51,293 bases of DNA from Calditrichaceae bacterium. Lineage in GTDB: Bacteria; Calditrichota; Calditrichia; Calditrichales; JBFXGD01. This document shows positions 30,452 through 40,003 of this stretch, piece after piece. The notes under the pieces were generated by a model. It worked only from the letters and a program-made list of their open reading frames with translations, did not search any database and was not told the DNA's origin. The DNA is taken from contig JBFXGD010000005.1 of assembly GCA_050178385.1 (NCBI GenBank), positions 1-51,293 on the forward strand, written 5' to 3'. Positions within the stretch are counted from its first letter, which is position 1; every line of letters begins with the position of its first letter. A program made the translations under genes and the position numbers.

Positions 30452-31659
30452 TGAAAATTATCGCCTGCGGTGATGTTGTTTTAAATGGTAAAATTGAAGA
30501 ATTAATTATCGATGGCAGAGCGGAAGATGCCCTGGAACCGGTAAAAAAGCTGTTCTCAGGAGCAGATCTTGTAATTGCGAATATAGAATGTCCGTTAACT
30601 GATATATCAAATGCATATTTCAAAGTACCCCCCACCTTAAGGGCTCCAGTTTCAACAGGATCAATTCTTAATTATCTTAACATTACTGTGGGATCTCTCG
30701 CAAATAATCATATCATAGATTATGGCAAAAAAGGTTTACAGGACACGATGGATGTTCTGAGTAAAAGAGATATCCGGTGGCTGGGTGCCGGATGGACAGA
30801 AGAAAAAGCGCGGGAACCCCTTATCCTGGATATAGCCGGCTGCAAAACAGGTATTTTGGCGGTGGCTCAGAAAGAACGGTCTGCGGCAAATATCAGAGGT
30901 TGGGGAGCAGGCGTATTGACCACCGAACAAGCAGCCAGTACTATATCTGAGTTGAAAAAAAAAGTGGATGTTATTATTTGTTATTTCCATTTTGGAGTGG
31001 AATTTTCAGATCACCCGACACCGGCTCAGGTTGAATGTTCCCGGAAAATGATTGATTGTGGTGCAAATCTTGTAATTGGTCACCATCCACATGTTCCACA
31101 GGGATACGAGTATTATAAAGGTGGATTCATCGCGTACAGTTTAGGAAACTTTATCTTTGATATGGAAGAAGGTCCTCATCAGTTTTCCAGGATGGGATTG
31201 GTTGTTGATACGGAGATAATAGATGGAAAAATAGAAGATATGAAAATTCGTACATTTGATACCCGCAGCGGTGTTCCGGAAATGTTAAAGGGTGAAACTG
31301 AAAAGTCTGCATTCGGATATATTGAAAGTTTGAATAAGATTATCAAAGACCCGGAAAAATTGAGTCATCGATATTATTATATATGCCGTGATAATTTATA
31401 TACATCTCTTGATGCATTGATAAAATACGGTTTTATGCGTGGAAACATTCACCGAATTGTCAGTAGTGTGAAAAGTCAGTTCTGGCCACAGATATTTAGG
31501 ATGAGAGTAGATTATATTAAATCCTTGATTACAGGCAGAGCATACCGATATGAGAAGAGAAAGATGAATGAAAACGCAAGATCTGCCGGGTTATATTTTT
31601 ATTTCTGTTTTTTTATATATATGATTGGATTTGGCTGGCTTTTTAGGGACAACAAGTAG
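30451..31659 (+). CDS. CapA/PgsA-like metallophosphoesterase-fold protein
   Basis: CGDV, NIECP, LANNHIIDYG, HFGVE, GHHPHVPQ, YSLGNF; no N-terminal TM segment. Confidence 0.87.
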   Translation: MKIIACGDVVLNGKIEELIIDGRAEDALEPVKKLFSGADLVIANIECPLTDISNAYFKVPPTLRAPVSTGSILNYLNITVGSLANNHIIDYGKKGLQDTMDVLSKRDIRWLGAGWTEEKAREPLILDIAGCKTGILAVAQKERSAANIRGWGAGVLTTEQAASTISELKKKVDVIICYFHFGVEFSDHPTPAQVECSRKMIDCGANLVIGHHPHVPQGYEYYKGGFIAYSLGNFIFDMEEGPHQFSRMGLVVDTEIIDGKIEDMKIRTFDTRSGVPEMLKGETEKSAFGYIESLNKIIKDPEKLSHRYYYICRDNLYTSLDALIKYGFMRGNIHRIVSSVKSQFWPQIFRMRVDYIKSLITGRAYRYEKRKMNENARSAGLYFYFCFFIYMIGFGWLFRDNK

Positions 31660-31772
31660 CGGATTTATTTCAAAGATAGATGTATTCTATACAATTTAAG
31701 GAAGAATTCAATCTCATATGAATTCTCTGAGAATCAGAACGCAAGTCTCCTGCGGACAGAAAGGATTCTGAT

Positions 31773-32609
31773 ATGTTGAAAAAATTAATGATCATTTCAG
31801 CATCAATGTTTTTTGTTTTTTTTACATTCAGTTTTGTTCATTATGATCAATTAAATCGCGATGGAGTTATTGTGCTCTTATATCATAAAGTGGAATCGGT
31901 AGAATCGACAAAGAACAAATACTCAGTAACAAAAGATCAATTCGTGGCTCAGCTCAATTATTTGGTAGAAAATGGTTACCAAACCATTCTGCCAAAAGAC
32001 ATCTATAACGGCAAAATTCCGGATGAAATATCAAAAACTGTCATCCTTTCATTTGATGACGGGACAGAGGATCACTTTTTAAATGTCTATCCATTATTGA
32101 AAGAACGTGGAATGAATGGCGTATTTTTTGTCGTCACAAAATATATTGACCGGCCGGGAATAATGCAATCTTCGCAACTAAAGGAAATGCATGAGAACAA
32201 CATGGAAATTGGTTCCCACGGTTACACACATCTTTTTTTGGATGCATTAAGTAAACCGGAAATTGAGCATCAATTACTGAAATCTAAAAATGATATCGAG
32301 AATATCATCGGTGACAATGTCTTCAGCATGGCGCCTCCGGGCGGATGGTTTGATAATATCGTAGTGGAGAATGCGAAGGATGTTGGGTATAGTGCTCTGT
32401 TTGGTTGTGAAATCGGTGTTAATGATCTCAATGAAAAACCCTATGTCTATAAAAGAATTGAAGTACTTGGGAAAATGACGGATGATGAATTTAAGAGTCT
32501 TCTCAAGCCGACTGAAATATTACCTTACAAATTGAATCAGGCAATTAAATTTATTATTCATGATATATTAGGTTCCGAGAATTATAAAAATATTGCAAAT
32601 GCACTATAA
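31773..32609 (+). CDS. Polysaccharide deacetylase (CE4) with N-terminal signal/anchor
   Basis: LLYHKV, LSFDDG, IGSHGYTH, APPGG; hydrophobic N-terminus. Confidence 0.87.
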   Translation: MLKKLMIISASMFFVFFTFSFVHYDQLNRDGVIVLLYHKVESVESTKNKYSVTKDQFVAQLNYLVENGYQTILPKDIYNGKIPDEISKTVILSFDDGTEDHFLNVYPLLKERGMNGVFFVVTKYIDRPGIMQSSQLKEMHENNMEIGSHGYTHLFLDALSKPEIEHQLLKSKNDIENIIGDNVFSMAPPGGWFDNIVVENAKDVGYSALFGCEIGVNDLNEKPYVYKRIEVLGKMTDDEFKSLLKPTEILPYKLNQAIKFIIHDILGSENYKNIANAL

Positions 32610-32635
32610 CCATAAAAAATTAAATAACTGATTAT

Positions 32636-33949
32636 ATGATACCGTCTGCAGAATCAATTCAGATAATTTTACCTGTATTAAGCATTCTATTTCTTGTGTT
32701 TAGTTTTTTCAGACCTATTTACGGCGTTATCTCTTATTTTATTATAATAAACGCCAGAATAGGAATTATGTATCCTGAGTTGGGAGCCCTGAGAATAGAG
32801 CTTATTGCAGCTATTGTCATATTTATTTCGATCACCTTCTCTGAGAGGGGTTTCTCCAATATTCTGACAAATCAGAATTCTATTTCAAGGTATTTATGGT
32901 TGTTTTTTCTGGTAGGCATGTTATCTGTTCCGCAAGCGCTGGATGTGGCGGCTTCATGGCAGGAAGGCGGATATGAACTTTTAAAAATGGTTCTTTTTTA
33001 TATTATGATTGTCTCGTCAGTTCAGGATACTGAGGATCTTAAGAAACTTGTTTGGACTTTTGTTCTGATGACCGTTTGGATCGGCTATGAGCCGATTGTC
33101 AACTATCTGACCGGTGTGGTTGTAGAAGAAGATTATGGGGCGGTGGCGATTGGAAGATTTGGAGCGGCAGCCGGACATGTGGCTCTGGCCAATACTCTTA
33201 ATCAGGGTATACCGCTGATTTACTTTAGTCTGTTATATGAAAAACGGTCATCCAGAAGAATTATTCTATGGGCTGCTCTGGCATTTGTCATAATAGGGGT
33301 CATTGTTTCCAAGTCAAGAGGAGGGTTCTTAGGATTTTTAGCAATCGGAGCCGGGATTATATATTTCACGGAGAACAGGGGACGGGCAATATTTTATTTT
33401 GTGATTGTTTTTCTGGTAACACTTCCTCTTGCCGGCGGAGAGTATGTTGATCACATCATGAGCATTTTAGATGGAATTCATGGCAGCAGGTCAAGTTCGG
33501 ATCGATTTTTGGGCCTGATAAATGGGATTGACATGTTGTTCAAAAGGCCTCTGTTGGGAGTTGGAATAGGATGTTTTGCCGAAGCCAGAAGCTATTTTTT
33601 CAGTTATCGTTTTGAATCACATAATTTATATGGAGAACTCATAGGTGAATTAGGGTTAGCCAGCATCATCTGGTTTATCTGGATGTACTGGATTTTTAAA
33701 AGAGCCAATCTTTTAAAATCACTTTTAAACACAGAGAATGATACTCATAATTTCTATTTTAATATGCTTAATGGAATTCAGTTGGGGTTATTTGTCCGAT
33801 TATTCCTTGGAAATTTCACTCATGGTTCCCTGATCTGGTTCTGGTTTTTTATGGCAGCATTGGTATCCAGCATCGATAATTTAATATTTGAAGACGAAGA
33901 AGTGATTGAATATTTAGAAAATCAGGACAATGAATTAGAAGATACTTAG
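32636..33949 (+). CDS. O-antigen ligase/polymerase (Wzy_C) family membrane protein; probable EPS polymerase
   Basis: Multiple TM helices; SKSRGGFLG, PLLGVGIG, SHNLY. Confidence 0.8.
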   Translation: MIPSAESIQIILPVLSILFLVFSFFRPIYGVISYFIIINARIGIMYPELGALRIELIAAIVIFISITFSERGFSNILTNQNSISRYLWLFFLVGMLSVPQALDVAASWQEGGYELLKMVLFYIMIVSSVQDTEDLKKLVWTFVLMTVWIGYEPIVNYLTGVVVEEDYGAVAIGRFGAAAGHVALANTLNQGIPLIYFSLLYEKRSSRRIILWAALAFVIIGVIVSKSRGGFLGFLAIGAGIIYFTENRGRAIFYFVIVFLVTLPLAGGEYVDHIMSILDGIHGSRSSSDRFLGLINGIDMLFKRPLLGVGIGCFAEARSYFFSYRFESHNLYGELIGELGLASIIWFIWMYWIFKRANLLKSLLNTENDTHNFYFNMLNGIQLGLFVRLFLGNFTHGSLIWFWFFMAALVSSIDNLIFEDEEVIEYLENQDNELEDT

Positions 33950-34017
33950 ACAAAATAGTATCTTGATGCCCGTCAATTTATCCCCGGATTTTTAATTTTT
34001 TTATACTAGATGAGAAT

Positions 34018-35409
34018 ATGAAACTACAAAAAACATTCATTAAATATATAACGTATCCGCTAATAGCAACGGCGGACGGGCATTCGGGACTGTTTAGAGA
34101 TCTGGCTCTTCTGGAAGAAAGCCAGTACTGGGATCGGGAAAGAATATTAGAACTTCAGGTCAGGAAATTAAAGAAATTATTAATTCATGCTTATGAAAAC
34201 ACGCAATTTTATAAGCAAAGATTTAATGAGTGTAAATTTGATCCGTATAGCTTTCAGAGTTCTGAAGAGATGAAAAGAATACCAATTCTCACCAAAAAAG
34301 ATATACAAAACCATATGAATCAAATGAAGGCCATTAATTTTGATGAGAACGAAATACACATGTCCACTTCAGGTGGAACTACGGGATTTATGACAGAATT
34401 TTATCGTGACAACGCTTGTTTGTCACCAAAGGAAGCTTCAATAATGAGGTTTGAAAAATGGGCCGGTTGGGAATTTGGGGAATGGATGAGTTTGGTTTGG
34501 CCGGCGACTATGGATATGCATGACAAAATAACCTGGAAAATGAAGATAAGAAATTTTCTGTCTGCGAGAGAGATAAAACTGGCACAGACAGTAATCGAAG
34601 AAAAGCGCATGGGCGATCATCTTAAACAAATAAGAAAACATCGGGCAAAGATAATACGCGGTTTTGCCATGCCTGTCACGGAACTGGCCAAATATGCAAT
34701 CTCTCATAATATAACTGATCTGAAGCTGAAAGGAATTGTGACGACCGGGGAATCGCTTTATCCCGCGCAAAGAAAAATCATAGAACAGGCATTCCGTTGT
34801 CCGGTATTTAATTCATATCGGACCAGAGAAGTCGGACCAATTGCCCAGGAATGTGATCAGCATAAGGGATTTCATCTCAATGCGGAAAACATTTATTTGG
34901 AGACAATTCCGCTCGAGCCGAAAAAGGTGAAGAAAGAAGATAATCCGGAAAATCTTGAAAAACTCATTGTTACGGATCTGTTGAATTATGGCATGCCGTT
35001 TATCCGTTATGAGATCGGGGACCTGGGCAGGTTGTCGGACAAGAAATGCAGCTGCGGCCGCGGTCTTCCTTTGTTGGAAGGCGTCGGGGGAAGGATGGCA
35101 GACATGGTCTATACTCCGGATGGCAGAAAAATCGCATCAATAACACTTATTCCAAATTTAGTTCATATCCTGGGATTGAAAAACGGGGTTCAACTTATAC
35201 AAAATGATTTTGACCAGCTGTTAATCAAAATGACCTTACCGGTTCCTCCGGATGATATTCTTCAGAAGCAAAGGGCAAATGCATTTCAAATTTTTGGCCC
35301 GGACATGAAAATTTCTTATGAATTTGTCAACGAAATTCCCTCTCTAAAATCAGGAAAGTACGCGTTTATTATCTGCAATATTCCAAAAGAAAAACTAAGA
35401 GGAATTTAA
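34018..35409 (+). CDS. Phenylacetate-CoA ligase-family (PaaK/CapK-like) adenylate-forming enzyme
   Basis: IPILTK, TSGGTTG, TTGE, YRTREVG, VTDLLNYGMPFIRYEIGD, CSCGRGLP, SGKY. Confidence 0.85.
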   Translation: MKLQKTFIKYITYPLIATADGHSGLFRDLALLEESQYWDRERILELQVRKLKKLLIHAYENTQFYKQRFNECKFDPYSFQSSEEMKRIPILTKKDIQNHMNQMKAINFDENEIHMSTSGGTTGFMTEFYRDNACLSPKEASIMRFEKWAGWEFGEWMSLVWPATMDMHDKITWKMKIRNFLSAREIKLAQTVIEEKRMGDHLKQIRKHRAKIIRGFAMPVTELAKYAISHNITDLKLKGIVTTGESLYPAQRKIIEQAFRCPVFNSYRTREVGPIAQECDQHKGFHLNAENIYLETIPLEPKKVKKEDNPENLEKLIVTDLLNYGMPFIRYEIGDLGRLSDKKCSCGRGLPLLEGVGGRMADMVYTPDGRKIASITLIPNLVHILGLKNGVQLIQNDFDQLLIKMTLPVPPDDILQKQRANAFQIFGPDMKISYEFVNEIPSLKSGKYAFIICNIPKEKLRGI

Positions 35410-35417
35410 GTATCAAC

Positions 35418-36554
35418 ATGAAAAATATCCGAATAAGCGCCCTTGGGGATATTTCATTTGTGGAGTCAAAGAACCTCTCTGATAAGGCCGGGCTCTTTAA
35501 CATGATTTCTCCGATACTCAAAAAATCGGATCTTGTGATCGGAAACTTGGAAGGGCCTCTCATGCTGGATGGGATGCCCGTACCGGGAAAATGCACGTTA
35601 AACGGCGATCCTGAATGGGCCCGAGTTATGATGGACAGCGGCATCAACATGGTCACACTGGCTAATAATCATATGATGGATTATGGGGTTCAGGGGTTGA
35701 CGGAAACGATAAAAAATCTTGACTCAGCCGGAATAAAATACGTAGGAGCGGGGAGAAACATCAAAGAAGCCCTTAGACCTGAGTATTTTGAATCAGAAGG
35801 TAAAAAAATAGGAATTTTGGGACGGACATCCGTGATAGTCTCTTCACCTTCATATGCCGGAGAAGATCAGCCGGGGGTTGCGTTTTTTGATTTAGATGAA
35901 ACAATCGGCACAATCAGAACTTGTAAAAAGCAATGTGATGTGGTGATCGTATTGATGCATTGGGGAATTGAGCATTATAATTATCCTGCTCCCGATCAGC
36001 GCGGAATTGCCCAAAAAATAATAGATGCCGGGACAGATCTGATCATTGGGCATCACCCGCATGTACTGCAGGGAATGGAGCGTATAGGGAAAGGACTGGT
36101 TGCCTATAGCCTCGGAAATTTCGTTTTCAATGATTTTGAATGGTCTTTCAATTTACCGGATGGTCAACAAAAGACCGTAAAAACTATTCTTGATGTTATC
36201 CATAGAAGATCACTGATATTGAATGTTGAAATCAATAATTCCTTCGAAATTAATGAAGAGAAGATATTTACATATATAACAGCAGATGGGTCTATTATAC
36301 CGGACTATGAACTTTATCGGGGAAAACATTTTAAGAAACTAATGGCGGGGCTGAATTATCCGTTCTATAATCAATTGTGGAGAATGTATTCGCTAAAACG
36401 GGAATGGGAATTACGTATAAAACCAATGCTTTCATTTAAAAAAAATATCACAAAAATCACAAAAATAAGATTTCGTCATTTTAAAGAACTGTTTCATTCT
36501 ATTTCCAGGTCATCTCAGGTTTCCTCGGGGAAGACAACAAATCCATATGAATAA
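35418..36554 (+). CDS. CapA/PgsA-like metallophosphoesterase-fold protein (second copy)
   Basis: LGDI, GNLEGP, LANNHMMDYG, HWGIE, GHHPHVLQ, YSLGNF. Confidence 0.87.
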   Translation: MKNIRISALGDISFVESKNLSDKAGLFNMISPILKKSDLVIGNLEGPLMLDGMPVPGKCTLNGDPEWARVMMDSGINMVTLANNHMMDYGVQGLTETIKNLDSAGIKYVGAGRNIKEALRPEYFESEGKKIGILGRTSVIVSSPSYAGEDQPGVAFFDLDETIGTIRTCKKQCDVVIVLMHWGIEHYNYPAPDQRGIAQKIIDAGTDLIIGHHPHVLQGMERIGKGLVAYSLGNFVFNDFEWSFNLPDGQQKTVKTILDVIHRRSLILNVEINNSFEINEEKIFTYITADGSIIPDYELYRGKHFKKLMAGLNYPFYNQLWRMYSLKREWELRIKPMLSFKKNITKITKIRFRHFKELFHSISRSSQVSSGKTTNPYE

Positions 36555-36608
36555 TTAATGCGAGAACCCATAAGTACAAAAAACTAAACAGGAATAACAA
36601 CGTTAAAG

Positions 36609-37730
36609 ATGATGAATAAAATAAATGTGCTTTTAATCAAAGACAGCAGCGGAATTTTCGGATCAGAGCGGGTTATACTCACATTGCTGAACAATTATGA
36701 TAAAGACCGATTTAATATCTCCCTGCTTTGTATGCGAAGAGGAGATGGTAAAAGTGATAAACTGATTGAACAGGCTTCCGGTATAGGAGCAAAGGTAATT
36801 CCACTTAACGTCACCGGCCGTCTTGATGTGAGCGCAATAATGAAAATAAGGAAAATTTTAAAGAAAGATGCGATTAATATCATTCACACGCATGATTTTA
36901 AATCAGATTTTTACGGTTTGGCGGCATCGATTAATTTGCCGGTTAAACGCATAGCAACTGCTCATGGCTCAACAAAAGATTCCCTTCTTAAAAAGACTTA
37001 CCTTCTTTTTACGGAAAGATTTATATATCATTTCTTCCATGGTATCATTGCGGTCTCGAACCAAATCCACAGAGACTTGCGAAAACATATGTCAGGCAAG
37101 AAAGTTACGGTCATTCAAAATGGCATTGATTTATCCATTCTTGGGAATCGTGGACCCGGAGAAAATCAACCGCAGCTTTTTACAGAAAACGGGAAAAAAG
37201 TTTTTGCAGTCGTTGGAAGACTTTTTCCGGATAAAGGCCATCGTTTTTTTATTAACGCGTTCGCGAGAGTTTTAAACAAATTTCCGGATACCGCGGCTTT
37301 GATTGTCGGAGATGGTCCCGCAAGAGAAGAAATTGAGTCACAAATCAGTAAAATGAATCTGGTAAATGACATTACACTTTGCGGTGTCAGAAATGATATG
37401 AATGATGTTTATGAAAAAATTGATTTTCTTGTAATTCCATCTCTAAGAGAAGGCTTACCATATGTTCTTTTAGAGGCGATGTCGAAGAAAATTCCTGTTA
37501 TCGCAACATCGGTTGGAGACATTCCTGTACTAATTCAAAATGAAGAAACAGGTTATCTGATCAACCCGGCCGATGAGACCGAAATCGAAAAAAGTATGCT
37601 AGACTGTCTCGTTGATGAGACAAGAGCTTCACGTATTGCGGATAATGCATTTAATCTGGTAAATCAAAAATATTCAGGAAGAAAAATGGTTCGGGATACA
37701 GAATCACTATATTTTTCATTCCTTAACTGA
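36609..37730 (+). CDS. Glycosyltransferase family 4
   Basis: GSERV, VGRL..DKGH, EGLPYVLLEAM. Confidence 0.9.
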   Translation: MMNKINVLLIKDSSGIFGSERVILTLLNNYDKDRFNISLLCMRRGDGKSDKLIEQASGIGAKVIPLNVTGRLDVSAIMKIRKILKKDAINIIHTHDFKSDFYGLAASINLPVKRIATAHGSTKDSLLKKTYLLFTERFIYHFFHGIIAVSNQIHRDLRKHMSGKKVTVIQNGIDLSILGNRGPGENQPQLFTENGKKVFAVVGRLFPDKGHRFFINAFARVLNKFPDTAALIVGDGPAREEIESQISKMNLVNDITLCGVRNDMNDVYEKIDFLVIPSLREGLPYVLLEAMSKKIPVIATSVGDIPVLIQNEETGYLINPADETEIEKSMLDCLVDETRASRIADNAFNLVNQKYSGRKMVRDTESLYFSFLN

Positions 37731-37820
37731 TTCTTCCAATATTTCCATTTTTAATAAATATGATCTAATAGTAACAGAACTATTAACTAACTTTTCTTGA
37801 TCAACAACGGAGAAATCAAA

Positions 37821-38831
37821 ATGACTGAAACTGTTCTAGGATTGATCGGATGCGGAGCCGCAGCCCGAAGATATTATCTGCCGGCCTTAAAAACGCATCC
37901 GGAAATAGCAAAACGCATGATCTTCGTGGATCGTGATCTGACCACCGCGAAGGAAATGGCGGAAGAAGTAGGAAGCGATCGTTATGAAAACGATTACAAA
38001 AGTATAATCGGTAAGGTGCAGGGTGTCATAATTGTTGTCCCGAATTTTTTACACTTTCAGGTCGCGACAGATTTTCTCAAGGGAGGAAGTCATGTACTTT
38101 GTGAAAAACCATTGGTTGAAAAGGTTGAAGAAGTAGACGAGATGATTCGGATTGCCGGAGAAAATAAGGTGACTATTTCGGTAAACAATACCCGGCGGAT
38201 GTTTCCTTCTTTTATGAAAATTAAAGAGTTGATTTCCCGGGGGGATTTGGGAAAACTCCGGTCGATAAAATATTATGAGGGAATGACTTTCGCCTGGCCC
38301 AGCTTAACCGGTTTCTATGTAGATCCGAAAGTCTCCGCAAAAGGCGTTTTAATGGATATCGGCTCTCATGTGGTTGATACCATATGCTGGTGGCTCGACG
38401 GAAAGCCGGAATTAGAAGAGTTTACCGATGACTCGTTCGGAGGTCCGGAGTCAGTGGCCTGTTTAAAGGCGCGTAAAGATGAGTGTGAAATTGAAATCAG
38501 ATTTAACCGCTTAAATGATCTTGATAATCTTTATAAGATTACGGGAGAATTGGGATATATTGAAGGAAATATTTTTGAATGGGACCGGATCAGGCTGGTC
38601 AGGAATCAGGGAAAATCGGAGACGATCTCACTTCCCACAAATGTTAAGGTATATCCGGATTTTGTAAAACCAATTGTCAATAATTTTATTGAAGTGGTGA
38701 GTAATTCTGCAAAACCGCTAGTATCCGCCGATGATGTATGTCCTTCCATTGCATTGCTTGAGGATGCATACAGTAAACGTCAGCGATTCAATTTACCATG
38801 GTATGAAAATCTGGAGGCCATAAATGTCTGA
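37821..38831 (+). CDS. Gfo/Idh/MocA-family oxidoreductase
   Basis: GLIGCGAAA, HVLCEKP, GVLMDIGSH; start ATG 37821 after GGAG. Confidence 0.87.
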   Translation: MTETVLGLIGCGAAARRYYLPALKTHPEIAKRMIFVDRDLTTAKEMAEEVGSDRYENDYKSIIGKVQGVIIVVPNFLHFQVATDFLKGGSHVLCEKPLVEKVEEVDEMIRIAGENKVTISVNNTRRMFPSFMKIKELISRGDLGKLRSIKYYEGMTFAWPSLTGFYVDPKVSAKGVLMDIGSHVVDTICWWLDGKPELEEFTDDSFGGPESVACLKARKDECEIEIRFNRLNDLDNLYKITGELGYIEGNIFEWDRIRLVRNQGKSETISLPTNVKVYPDFVKPIVNNFIEVVSNSAKPLVSADDVCPSIALLEDAYSKRQRFNLPWYENLEAINV

Positions 38832-39894
38832 TAATGAAAAAATTTTAGTAACCGGTGCGAGTGGATTTATAGGCGCCAGGATCGTGGAAGTTCTGTACCT
38901 GAAAGGACAGAAAAATGTAAGGGCAGGGATTTGGAGATGGTCAAGCGCGGCGAGAATCGGAAGATTTCCCCTGGATATAGTGAAAGTAGATCTGATGAAT
39001 AAAGAGGAAATCGAAAACGCCATGGAAGGAGTTACTGCTGTTATTCATTGTGCAAAAGGCCCGGCCGGTGTCACTGTGGAGGGTACAAAAAACTTGCTGG
39101 ATTCGGCTCTCCGTCATAAAGTGAAGCGATTTGTTCATTTAAGTACCGCGGAAATATACGGGGATGCAGAAGGGGAAATAAATGAGGAATTTCCATACAA
39201 ATATACCGGCAACGAATATAATCAAACCAAAATCGATGCTGAAAAAGTGTGCTGGGAGTATAGTAAGAAGGGGTTGCCATTAACGGTAATTCGTCCCTCT
39301 ATAGTTTACGGACCATTTAGCAAGAACTGGACGACTAATTTTGCCAGAATGCTGGTGGCAGGACAATGGGGCGCTTTTGAAAAATATGGCAACGGCAGAT
39401 GTAACTTAATATTTGTCGATGATCTCATAAGGGCGATATTTCTCTCAATCAAAGATGACAGAGCTGTCGGTCAGGCCTTTAATGTGAATGGAGCTGATGA
39501 TGTTACATGGAATGACTATTTCAAAAAATTTAATGATAGCCTTGGATTGCCTCCGTTGAAAGAGATAAAGACCACAACCACTTATTTGCGGACAGCAATG
39601 ATAGAGCCTGTGCGCTTTGCGGGGAAATTTGCCAGGGATCATTTCATGGGTGTAGTTAAAGCAGTCGCGGAGCATTCAAGTCTGGCTAAAAATCTGATGA
39701 AAAAAACAGAGACTGCCATAAAGACCACACCTGCCCCGGTTGAGTTAAGATTGTTCAACAGAAATTCTTTTTATCCGGCTCAAAAAATTGAAAAACAAAT
39801 AGGATTTAAGCCGGTGTTTAGTCTGACTGACGGTCTTAAAATTAGTAGTCAATGGGTTAAGCACCAGGGATTTTTACTGAAATTTACACTTTAG
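38824..39894 (+). CDS. NAD-dependent epimerase/dehydratase (extended SDR)
   Basis: VTGASGFIG, HLST, YNQTK (YxxxK), RPSIVYGP; overlaps the upstream gene by 8 bp. Confidence 0.88.
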   Translation: MSDNEKILVTGASGFIGARIVEVLYLKGQKNVRAGIWRWSSAARIGRFPLDIVKVDLMNKEEIENAMEGVTAVIHCAKGPAGVTVEGTKNLLDSALRHKVKRFVHLSTAEIYGDAEGEINEEFPYKYTGNEYNQTKIDAEKVCWEYSKKGLPLTVIRPSIVYGPFSKNWTTNFARMLVAGQWGAFEKYGNGRCNLIFVDDLIRAIFLSIKDDRAVGQAFNVNGADDVTWNDYFKKFNDSLGLPPLKEIKTTTTYLRTAMIEPVRFAGKFARDHFMGVVKAVAEHSSLAKNLMKKTETAIKTTPAPVELRLFNRNSFYPAQKIEKQIGFKPVFSLTDGLKISSQWVKHQGFLLKFTL

Positions 39895-40003
39895 GCTGGA
39901 GCCTGGGAAATTAATTGAATATGATAGACGCAGAATCACCTTGAGTTAAGTTATAAGAGATTCAGGGTGATCTGTACTTTATGAATGAAATGTGAGAGAC
40001 GGG

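Noticed and set aside
30451..36554. Poly-gamma-glutamate capsule synthesis inferred from the CapA genes
   Set aside because: No CapB (Mur-ligase fold) or CapC in the window.
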